The notes below the pieces were generated by a model. The model was not told the DNA's origin. It did no database searches and saw nothing but the letters and a program-made list of their open reading frames with translations. The translations under genes and the position numbers were made by a program. Shown here in pieces: positions 52,631-64,000 of a stretch of DNA of 64,000 bases (the first letter of the stretch is position 1; every line of letters starts with the position of its first letter). Source of the stretch: Guillardia theta CCMP2712 (lineage: Eukaryota > Protista > Cryptophyta); NCBI RefSeq assembly GCF_000315625.1, contig NW_005434637.1:122671-186670 (forward strand), in the 5' to 3' direction.

Positions 52631-54572
52631 TTAGTATGGGATCACCGTCGTGAAGTCTTTTCCAGGGAAGCAATCCGGGGGAGGCTGAAGACATGTCAGT
52701 TGAGGGGGAGAGAAATAGACGCCTCTTCTGACCTCGATCTCAATGTAAGGTGCAAAGTCATAAGTGTATGACTTGGTGAAGTCTTGGATCAGAAGCTGAG
52801 GCGAACATGATTACGCAGGAGAAGAAAGGAGGAATAAGGACAGAAGGGTAGAAGTGAAGAGGAGACGTCGTCCCGTAAAAGAAACAATTGAGGCATGAGC
52901 GAGAAAAGCAAGAGCAAAGAAGATGGAAAGGAAGAGTTCCAAAGGATCCGTTTCTTGCCTTCTGTCCTGGAACGTGTTCGGCAGGAACAGTCAGCTTCCA
53001 ACTATCGAGTATCGTCAGATGCCGAGCAACCCTCAGACCATGTTGTATTACTGTGACCCCGCAAAGTCGCTGCCCAAGTACACCTGAGCTGTCGTCATCG
53101 AAACTGACACGTCTGACATGCTCAAGTTTACACCTGCTGAGAGACTGGTACGGGCTTCAGCACCGTCTTCCTTGATGTTGGAGCAAGCTTTGCATTGTTC
53201 CACCTGCAGAGCCTCCTCAGGAGAAGAACGGCCGATCGATCATCTCACGGCCCATTGCCGAACGCATCTATGTTGAGACGCATCTGCTGAATCTCTGAAT
53301 ACATCCTATTCAAGCTCAGCACCTGTCTCCTCCTTCCACTCTTCTCACTTCACTTCCGAGCCAGCAATGGTCATCTCATCGAATGGAAGTTCATAGTTGT
53401 AGACAGGAGCAGATCCTCCTGGACCGTATTGCCCGCCCTGCAATTCAAACCTGAGATTTCTTCCCCTTGCTCACTTATCAAATTCTACTTCTGTGCTCGG
53501 GGAAAATCGACTGCCTGAAGGCCAAGCCTGTCCTCCAGCTTTCTTGAGTTCTGTGTGGGGTACAGTGTTGGACATTTCTATTCAACCCCTTAACCCTACC
53601 GCGTTGACTGTTTCTGATGATAATCTCCCTCCTTTCCTGGCATTGGAAACAAACATTAGCTTCCAAACAAGATTACTCATCTTCTACCTGCTGTAGTGCA
53701 CATGTCGAGCAACACAGCGTTGTCATACAGTCGAGGCCAACGTTGGGCTGCAGGACACTCCAACGGTTGCACAACATGGGAAGCTGATCTGACCTTGATG
53801 TTGTACAACCGACGTGTAACACTTCTCAGCTTTGTGTGGTACAAGCACAACCTGTTGATGAAGCGCGTAGTCAAAGTGTTTTGAATCGATCGATTGAGAT
53901 GCAAGCTCACAGAGGACATGCTAACCCAGCATACACCTTGTTTCCACTGCACGGAACGTCTTCAACGTAGATATCAATATCCTCTTGGGCATCCTAGATG
54001 CAATTGTTACACAAGATTGTTATTAGCCCAAGTCAATGGACATGAAGAGCAGAAATCCTATCCCGTAGCATCTCCGCATTGTACCCAAAGATCACGCAAG
54101 GACAGAAACAAGTCGAGAAAAACAGGTCAGCAGATTCCAGACAACCTTCTGCACGAGATCGAATCAAGTCAACCACTCTAATTGAGGTCAAAGAAATTCC
54201 AAACCAGGATGCGAAGTGAAGCTGAATAGCCCAGTTGACCATTTTTCTGCTTCGGCCATGACTCTTAGATGTCAGTTCTGGGGTTACAGTATCGCTTTCA
54301 TGAGTGCGGCAAAGTTCTGGAAACAAAAAGTGTTACACCACTTCTTTTCACAAGTTGATTCCAGATGTGGTTTGAAAATCAAGAAGCATCTACCAACTCT
54401 CTCAAGTCTAAATTGTCCGCTTGCCCTTCCTGAGTAGCCTGCCTTGTATTGGTTTCGGAAGTTGTGCATATCCGCCGACGATGGTCCATTTGTTTTGTAA
54501 ACAAGGGCATATCACCCGTACGCCCCATCTCTCCACCCCCTTGCCCATCTGCCCGTAAACTTTCTTTGACAT
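52631..54572 (-). CDS. PLAC8-domain protein with C-terminal extension (boundaries uncertain)
   Basis: EKWSTGLFS, STCFCPCVIFGYNAEML, LRSVTRRLYNIK. Confidence 0.65.
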
Positions 54573-55134
54573 TCACGTGAGATCCACGAGTTGAACTTTC
54601 AGCTGGAATCTCACTGAAGTATTCTCAGCTCAGAGCCTTCGCTATCTGACTCTCAGCCGGACTCCTCGTCCTTTCTGCCTCATTCCTTTGTCTCCTCCTC
54701 ACAGGCTTTGTTGACAAGACAAGTTTGATGCCCGTTATCACCGCCGTAACGGCCAGTGAGGGCTGGAACCGTTGACGGACTCGTGACTCAGTAGTGACGG
54801 CCGCCGCGCGGCGGGCCGCCCCCGGCGGAGAGTTGCTTGAGGTCTTGGAAGTTGTATATAGCGGCTTCAATTGGTCTGCCACCGTTACTACGTGACTCTT
54901 CTCACAAGTTGTAATATTCCAAAGTTCTCTTACTATCGGTGATCTCTCAACTTCTTCCTTCCGCCGGGGCCTCAGTTCTCCCGGGCGGCACTGCTCACCA
55001 AGTTGCCGCGGTGGCCAATCTCCGACATTTACCTTTGATGGAACATATGCCAGCCGTGCCAGTCAGATAGCGCCGAGTTAACAAAAACTCTCCTGTAAAC
55101 CAAGACGACTTACGTGGCGAGGCGGCATGTAGTA

Positions 55135-55735
55135 CATGGAATGAAGAGGGGACTTTCCTAGCCTTCTTGCTAAGGTCCTCTCATGTCTGGATGCTTGGGT
55201 TTCACATCCTAGCATACAGTCTATCTCTCATGTGCTCCTCAATTCTGTTTTTGTGTGCATTAAACTCGGTCTTGAGCAAAAACTGTCTTGTTACAACTGA
55301 GGTCGATGTGATGTCTGCGTGACTTTGGACTAGTACAAGTCTAACAAACTTGTATTCCGTCAACCTTCCTATCCTTCAAGGCACTGTACTTCATAAACGA
55401 GGCTCTATCATGGCACTGCCGCTGATCGGCATTGAATGGTTGTAGTGGGACGAAGAGGGGGCTTTCCTAGCCGTCTTACTAAGACGGTCCCCTCATCAAC
55501 GGTCCGATCTGGATGGCATGGGGTTCACATCCTAGCATACAGCCTATTTCTCATGTGCTCCTCAATTCTGGTTTCAAGCCAAGTTGTGTGCATTCAGTAC
55601 TCGTAAACTCGGTCTTGAGCAAAACGTCGGACTCAGTGTCTTGTTACCGTACAACTAAGGTCGATGTGATATCCGATCTCATCAGCGTGACTTTGGTGAC
55701 TAGTACAAGTCTAACAAACCGTTGTATTCCGTCAC
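55135..55735. repeat. Imperfect direct duplication (~55143-55362 versus ~55452-55734)
   Basis: Shared blocks such as TTCACATCCTAGCATACAG, TAAACTCGGTCTTGAGCAAAA and GACTAGTACAAGTCTAACAAAC. Confidence 0.9.
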
Positions 55736-56328
55736 GATGATTCCGTCGCCCGGCCGAGTCCGACTCGACTGAGTAGCCTCACTGTGAGAGCGCGGCCGCG
55801 GCGTGGCACCGGGCCGGCCGGAAGTTGGCCGCGCCGGCGGCCCCGCGGCGGGGGCTAAAATCATCTACCGTGGCACCTACCGGCGTGGTCGGATGCCCGT
55901 GGATGCGAAATTCCGAAGTTCCAGATTTCAAAGTTTCAAGTTCTGGTAAGAATATCAGTTAAATTTAAATCTCATCACCAAAATTTGAACTTGGCACACT
56001 GCTACCCGGTACTCTATCGGACCTTCCGGTCAGGCTGCCAGCTGTGAGCGGCTCGGCTCGGTTTGAATTGAACAATCGGAGAGATAACGAAGTGACGATA
56101 TTGACTATAGAACTTTCTAAGTCAGGTTGGGACTCCTCGATATTGACTACAGACTTTTAGTCACAGTGTTGTTCTTCTCTCAGATTTTGACTACATGTTC
56201 GATTTCTTGACTATAAAGCTGATTGTTTCTGTTTGTAAATTTGACTATAACACAATCATGTCTTATAGTCAAGGGGCCACAACTCGCCTGTTTGAAAATC
56301 CCGCCCTCCCCCGCCCGTCCGCAGCAGC

Positions 56329-57340
<1,012 letters not shown>

Positions 57341-57572
57341 GTTCGCTGGTTTGCCTCACTTCTCAACCGCTGGACAACGATTTGTGGATATATCCAACTA
57401 CACAATTTTGGGATTTTGGTTAACAGTGTTTGTTGGTACCTTGATTTCCAGTGATCAGTCACTTTGACACAACTAACTCTGAAAAGATAGTTTTGTTTTA
57501 ATTAATAAATAATTCTTCCTTTCATTCGGGTCTCTTCCAGCCTTTCTGTTGACAGCACACCATGTCAACACC

Positions 57573-58121
57573 TCAGAAGCCCTTTGACTTCTGCCGTGCC
57601 TGCATAATCTTAGCAAAATACGTTCGGCTCCCTGCAGTAGATGGTCTAGCATTTGAAGTCTGAGGTCGTGGAGTGGGAGATTCGGTTTGACACTCAATAG
57701 CTTGTGTCTCGATCCTAGCAGAGATAGGCCTTTGGTGCCTATTGGAAAGATTGTCATCATTTTCAAAAGTGTTCTGATTTTGCTCAGTTGGTGATGCTGT
57801 AGATGCTCGACTAGCCGACGACTCGCACAACGCGACGGTACTCGAGAGCTTCACCGCATCTACTGCCGAAAATGGGATGGCCGCTACTGTCGCTGAAAGC
57901 TTCTTGCTTGATTTGACGAATTCTTTGACACTGTTCGCCCCTCGCAAGGCCCCTGCTCTGCCATTGATCCATACGCTGCCTGTTCCGTTCCTCTGGACCA
58001 AAGCACTTCGTTTTTTTCGCTCCTCTTCCATGCTCTGTTTCAAAGATCGGAGTTTTTCCTCCATCTCAAGCAAGTCTTTGCTTGTAGCTTTCCCCTTGAT
58101 TACACTGACTGGTTTCGACAT
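57573..58121 (-). CDS. Hypothetical protein with ZBBX-like N-terminal motif
   Basis: EMEEKLRSLKQSMEEERKKR...WINGRAGAL. Confidence 0.55.
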   Translation of the reverse strand: MSKPVSVIKGKATSKDLLEMEEKLRSLKQSMEEERKKRSALVQRNGTGSVWINGRAGALRGANSVKEFVKSSKKLSATVAAIPFSAVDAVKLSSTVALCESSASRASTASPTEQNQNTFENDDNLSNRHQRPISARIETQAIECQTESPTPRPQTSNARPSTAGSRTYFAKIMQARQKSKGF

Positions 58122-59414
58122 GTTTTCTCTAGGCCAGCGAGTAGTGCCAGCGATGCAGTCTCGAAGTCCAATTTGAGCAAGACTAAGGGAAATCAATTTC
58201 TCACAAAATGTTCTAGTGACCGATCTGATCCAGACGGTTATGCCAAAAATGCAAATCAATGTTCGATGCTTTCTTGCCCTTGAATTGCGAACACCTGCTC
58301 TTCGCAATCGCTCTCTTCCTCCACCAGTTCACTGATGTCGTTTCCTACGTTGAAGTCGCCGTTGTTCTTTCTACTCTACAGGTCTGCTCAACCCGTACTT
58401 GCCTGCCAGCTTGCTCTGGCCCTTCTTTCTGTTGGATCCTCCTCCTGATTTCACAGGAGACTACCGGGCACCCGGTCTTCTTTCAACCACGTGCCGGATT
58501 TGAGTTGGTGGGTACTTGTACCCACCCCATACTACCCTAAGATTATCCATGATTGTTTGGGGGTAGTTGAGGGATTTGAGGGTCCTGCACCGGCACTTGA
58601 AAAAGAGCTCGATAGAAGGGGGGTGGGGTTGTAAAGCCAACGGCAGGGCGGTTGATGGGTCACAGTCCCTCTTCCCCGCACATACCCACTATCGTTGTTT
58701 TCCGTTATACAACCGTTATTTGAATCACCGTTTCAAGACCGTTATCCATCCAACGGTTTGACCCATAAATGGAAGAAGCTGATTGCTCGCCGCAGGTGAT
58801 CGTTTGTCCACGTGGGGTCGTATGAATAAGGCAACACTCGCAGCCAAAGGGGTGGGTCAAAACATACGGTTGATAGGGGTACATCAAAATTACCAGGGGT
58901 AAAACTAACCCGAAGGTCCCCGGGGGAAGTGGGGTGGGGGGTCGTCGTCAGCCTCCATATATGTGTCCGAGTGGTTGTATCCGTCTGCCCTCCATGGGTG
59001 GGGTGGGAAGACTACGATGAGTAGGTGGGGGTACAGGGACAGGGGTCTTGTTGAGCAACTACACGCGGAAAAGGACGGGGTCTTTGAACCTGCACGAGGG
59101 TATTGGAATATGAGGGTGGGGGTTATAGAAAGAAACAGGATCACTGGGGATGAGAGGGGTGGAGTGAAATAAGTGTCCAATTTCAGTGAGTATCCGACGA
59201 ATTTGATGGGTATGGGTAGAAAATGTGGCATTCAAGGGGGTGATTTCTCTGTCAAGCAGAGGGTTGAGAAGTAAATTGAAGGGTTAAGGAAATATTTCCA
59301 GGGTACATGAAATGAGAGGGGTAGGCTGTGAAGCGGGGTAGGTAGTACCACCCCAGTATCAAAGAGCTATGTATAGTCCAGGAAGGTGGGTGGGCAAGGC
59401 GAAAGAGGCGGAGG

Positions 59415-60041
59415 ATGCGGTGGATGGTTTATGTGCTGGCGGCGCATGCGATCGTTGCGATGGTAGACAAGGGAGAAGGAAGAAAGGGTGCAGCAATCGT
59501 GATTTCCACCCTCTGTCTACTCTGTCTCCTGTGTCGAAGTGATCTCGTTTCCTGGGCTTCACGTCAAGGATCGTTGGTGTACTACGGAGTGGATGGATTG
59601 CGTCGGTACCTTGAAGATAAGGGGGTCGCCTTTGTGGACGTTGGCATTGCGCTGTTCTGCTATGAAATGCTGGGGGTTTTGGTCCTGCTATCATTTTGGT
59701 TGGCATGCTTCGTAATGCAGCCTGTGAAACAGTGCTTCTTACAACCTATTGGGACACTGGTTGGGGTGACGCGGGATATATTCGGCCAGGGCTTTATGCG
59801 AACAGCCGAAGACTCTTACAAGCTTGTGCTAGAGAAAGTGCACTCCAAGTTTGCAGATATCGCTAAGCGGATGCAGGTGGATCCAGTAAGGCTAAGTACA
59901 GCATATGCGGAGGGTGCGATATGCCGGGGGTTGCTGAAACCATTGCTGGTTCCTATGAAACTTTACGGTGCATATTTGCTAGTAAGAGGGTGGAGACATG
60001 TCATGATGAACTTATCAAGCTTGCAAAAGCAAGTTTTATAG
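59415..60041 (+). CDS. Hypothetical membrane protein
   Basis: Intronless 208-codon ORF with several hydrophobic helices; AYAEGAICRGLLKPLLVPMKL near the C-terminus. Confidence 0.65.
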   Translation: MRWMVYVLAAHAIVAMVDKGEGRKGAAIVISTLCLLCLLCRSDLVSWASRQGSLVYYGVDGLRRYLEDKGVAFVDVGIALFCYEMLGVLVLLSFWLACFVMQPVKQCFLQPIGTLVGVTRDIFGQGFMRTAEDSYKLVLEKVHSKFADIAKRMQVDPVRLSTAYAEGAICRGLLKPLLVPMKLYGAYLLVRGWRHVMMNLSSLQKQVL

Positions 60042-60469
60042 CTTCATTTTTTCATTCTTTCTTCCTCTAAAACCAATGTATATTTTTCTGTCCATACACC
60101 CCGAATAAACTTAGCTTTCGCATGAATGTTGTATTCACCGTTGGTGCCAATTCCAATCAGCTTCACACTGAAAGTGTGAGCTTATGGTGATGGCAAGATT
60201 GTGCCATAAGCGATGAGAAGTGTCTGGTATCCGATTCCTTTTCAAACTCTCGACTGTTTTCACTGCGAAATACAGCGTACATTTCTCATCTTCGCAAGGA
60301 TTGACAGATACAGTTCAGCACCTTGGAAGGTAATTACGAGATTTATCAACAGTTTGTAAAGATTTGAGAAAGTCAACATCAAAATTAATGCGGCAAAGCG
60401 CAAAGCATATCACTGTAAGCGGACTAAAATCCTCGCTGGGATTACAATCATTCCTTGTTGGGCTTGTGA

Positions 60470-61758
60470 TCACTCGAGATCCCTTTGCCTTCCCTGGTGG
60501 GGCTGAGAGTTTGTTAGTTCCAAGCCAGTTCCTTCACTGTCCAAGAAGCGCTGCAAGAACACCCGTTACAAATGCAACGGATCGGTGAGATAGCAAACCT
60601 GCCAGAGCCTGAGCAAACCCCGCTTCCCTGTGGAGGGAAATTCTGGTATGACAGAGCCAACTTCTCTGTCGCCGAGTTTGTCAAAAAACGTATCAAGTAG
60701 ATCATTTTGAGATTGAACAGTTCCAACAACATCTCTTAGCCCATCCCAGAGCTCATCCCGCAATCGAAGTGAAGTGTCAGATGAAGGCATTAGACTACAA
60801 AGCAAAAGTCATGGTGTTTCAGAAACATGTTGAAGCAAAATCACCTGTTGACTGGCCTTGACATCACATACTCCGCGAGACGTTTTGCAGAACGGGAGAA
60901 CGCTTTGCTGTTCTTCTCATCTAGGATGAATTGAATCATTTGCTCTACTGCTGGTCGGCTTTGGGTGCCCAGGAACTCTTTGACTTGTGGTCCAAGACTG
61001 TTGTCCAATGCGTCACGAAGAGCTTTGTTCACTTCCTGACGGATTGGACCGATGACCGGCAGCTGATTGACAATGTTTCCCAGGATATCAGCACGCTGCA
61101 TGAACTCCAGGATCCCTGTGTAAAGGATTGCTCCCGCCATGGATTCTACTGCCGGTGTCCTCATGAATGCCTGTGCCAGCCAAATATTTCACAAGGTATC
61201 AACAATAAACAACGAATCAAACACAACATAAATCATTGTTGACGAACCTTCAAAATCGCAGGATCAATCTCAGAATTTTCAACTTGTTTGTAGATCTGAA
61301 ATGTCCAACAGTGTCAGAACAGGCTGAAGGTAGAGCTGCAACCAAAGCCACACCTTGTTTGAGAAGTCAGCGGATAATATCTCATTGAGAGGTCTCTTCT
61401 CAGTACGTAGCCATTGGTCAATCTCTTGGTGAAGATCGTTAAACTTTTGCCTCTGATCTTTCCAGTACTGATCATCTTCTGACAGCTCCGTGAGGAGTTT
61501 CCTGACTTCCGCCTTGTCGAGAAGCTCGTTGAACGTCTGCCCCCTGACCCACAGATCCACCCGATCTACAACAGTTTCGGCTGATGCAGATTTCATCATT
61601 ACATTGGAAGTTCTTCTCATTGTTCTGCAACTGCTACACTGATTGCTGCGCACTGAACCTGTTGTCCAACTAACTGTTGGCATCCATCCACGTACAGCAG
61701 TCGACAAGCAAAGGACGAAGAAGACAGCAGCTCTGCAAGAGAGCATACTCGTCGTCAT
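60470..61758 (-). CDS. Hypothetical protein with bipartite leader, probably plastid-targeted
   Basis: Signal peptide ...LSTAVRG-W followed by an S/T/R-rich segment; exons such as GAILYTGILEFMQRADILGNIVNQLPVIGPIRQ. Confidence 0.7.
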
Positions 61759-62987
61759 GTTAAAAAATCTATCCTCTCTGCAGGAAAAATGTGTAAGCAA
61801 TGCGCCATTCAACCTTGTTTCAGCAAACTGTTTCAAGAACACATGATTCCATGAAAATTCGACAATTGCATCCACGCACAAGTAACAATCATTTCACTTC
61901 AACCCCTTCTCACAATCCCTTGTCCTTCTGCATGCAGCTACGAATTCCCTAGCCCTTGTGACCCAACACTGCATTATGGGACACAACTAGCGCACCGTGC
62001 ATGGCTGTCCTTTTGCTCATGTCGGCTTCACTAGAGGGTGGAACTTGTGGATCAAGCTGCTGCCTCCCTCAACACAACCTCGTCTACCCATCTTCCTCTC
62101 TCTTCTCCCGCCCTCGGGGTCTGCATCAAGCTCTACCCTCCTCCTCACCTGTCCTTCCTCCTCCTCCCTGACCCCTCATCCCCCTTTGGTCGTCTCATTC
62201 CAGCCCTCATCCCCACTCACTCGGCTCGGCTCCGGCAGGTCTCCGGGCCCCGGTCTTGGCCCAGTAAATGCTATGTACCTCATCCCCACCATTGACCAAA
62301 TTGGATGACGGGGATCGATGGAGATGGTCTAGAGAGGTGAGTGGAGGAGGAGGNNNNNNNNNNNNNNNNNNNNNNNNNNNNNNNNNNNNNNNNNNNNNNN
62401 NNNNNNNNNNNNNNNNNNNNNNNNNNNNNNNNNNNNNNNNNNNNNNNNNNNNNNNNNNNNNNNNNNNNNNNNNNNNNNNNNNNNNNNNNNNNNNNNNNNN
62501 NNNNNNNNNNNNNNNNNNNNNNNNNNNNNNNNNNNNNNNNNNNNNNNNNNNNNNNNNNNNNNNNNNNNNNNNNNNNNNNNNNNNNNNNNNNNNNNNNNNN
62601 NNNNNNNNNNNNNNNNNNNNNNNNNNNNNNNNNNNNNNNNNNNNNNNNNNNNNNNNNNNNNNNNNNNNNNNNNNNNNNNNNNNNNNNNNNNNNNNNNNNN
62701 NNNNNNNNNNNNNNNNNNNNNNNNNNNNNNNNNNNNNNNNNNNNNNNNNNNNNNNNNNNNNNNNNNNNNNNNNNNNNNNNNNNNNNNNNNNNNNNNNNNN
62801 NNNNNNNNNNNNNNNNNNNNNNNNNNNNNNNNNNNNNNNNNNNNNNNNNNNNNNNNNNNNNNNNNNNNNNNNNNNNNNNNNNNNNNNNNNNNNNNNNNNN
62901 NNNTTCCCCTCCTTCCCCTCCTCCCCTCCCTCCCCTCCTCCCTCCTCCCGAACCTCTCTCGTAAGCAGCCTCATTGAGATCCGGTAG

Positions 62988-64000
62988 GTTCTCTTTGTCG
63001 AGCATCGAGCTCTGGAGGAGACCATTGCTGCCTTGCACAGATTTGCCGCGCACCCCGACGTCCTGGTGGGTCCTTGGCAATGGTGGAAGACTGTTGCGAT
63101 GAAAGTCTTGGACAGATCCAAGGGTTCAAGGCGCTGATCAACATGGGGAAGAACGACAGAGGTGAGCGAAGACAGAGAGTGCGTGTTTTATGATGACGTT
63201 GATGTCTGGCAGCCAAGTCGATCATCGGAGCGCAGGGAGCGCCCGCGGTCATTGTGCAGGCGATGCAGGACTTTAAGGTGAGTTCATGTTTCATGTTCGC
63301 TAGAGACTGCACGTGTAACTTCACAAGCCTCCCTGCCTGATGGCATTGTTTGATGCTCCTGCTCATTGTTGTATTGCCTCCAAATGACTTCTGTTCTGAT
63401 CTCACTCGCTGTTGTCAGGACCTGGCAGAAGTTCAGCAGGTCGGGACTTGGTGTCTCGGTATTGATACAGTGGGTTTGATCTTTGGTATGTGACGTGTTG
63501 CGGTATGTCGCAGGAAGCATTGTTGTTGTGCATATGGAGAACAAGGTGAGAGGGTTGGGATGATGGTGTTGATGCAGACTTGTTGTTCCTGTTGTTCTTG
63601 TTGATGATCATGATTGTCATGATATAATGGAGATGGAGATAGAGATGATGATGAAAAGATTATGTCATCAGAAAATTACAACACCTTATTTAACGAGAAA
63701 TTGGTTTTGGGTACCAACAAAACTTGCTGATTGCCCTGATGTATTTGGCGCCTCATAGAAATATTAACAGAGATATTCTAGCACATTGCAGGCGAAGCAA
63801 ACGCTCCTGAGGCGATTTTGGAAGTAATGAAGGTAAGAATGTTGTAAATCACAGCCTTTGACATTGCGTGGCACGACATGACGCGATCTGATGTGATGTG
63901 ATCTGATCTGATCTGATCTGATGTGATCTGATCTGATCTGATCTGATCTGATCTGATCTGATCTGATCTGATCTGATCTGATCTGATCTGATCTGATCTG
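62988..64000 (+). CDS. Armadillo-like repeat protein, partial
   Basis: Spliced exons ALEETIAALHRFAAHPDVL|IQGFKALINM and GAPAVIVQAMQDFK|DLAEVQQVGTWCLG. Confidence 0.65.
63885..64000. repeat. (GATCT)n pentamer microsatellite, probably intronic
   Basis: Follows a GTAAG donor at ~63833. Confidence 0.9.

Noticed and set aside
63885-64000. (GATCT)n as a telomere
   Set aside because: Lies just after a splice donor in an unfinished gene and is not a typical telomeric G-rich unit.

Overview
Eukaryotic, gene-dense, intron-rich nuclear DNA with mostly 45-70 bp GT/GC-AG introns, microsatellite-filled introns and assembly gaps. Bipartite signal+transit leaders and flagellar genes suggest a flagellated alga with a secondary plastid, probably a cryptophyte such as Guillardia (inference). 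Recognisable genes: NEF1-like membrane protein, SET-domain protein, ABHD-type hydrolase, two SAM methyltransferases, SVIP-like protein, PPIL4, EF-hand protein, CFAP58, RPN8/PSMD7, Mpv17/PMP22, PLAC8-domain protein, ARM-repeat protein and several hypotheticals. The main discovery is a tandem array of three ~4.5 kb units (23.1-35.5 kb). Each unit encodes a ~900 aa protein that, once spliced by hand, reads TIR-like, SAM-like, six TM helices, then a RelA/SpoT-type (alarmone synthetase-like) nucleotidyltransferase. The copies are nearly identical except in the three loops predicted to face away from the cytosol, which makes them a candidate polymorphic immune receptor-enzyme family. Also notable: a single-chain four-pore-domain K+ channel with an apparent GA-AG intron, and a ubiquitin-HMG-box fusion. 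All domain calls come from motif recognition by eye; no database searches were run.
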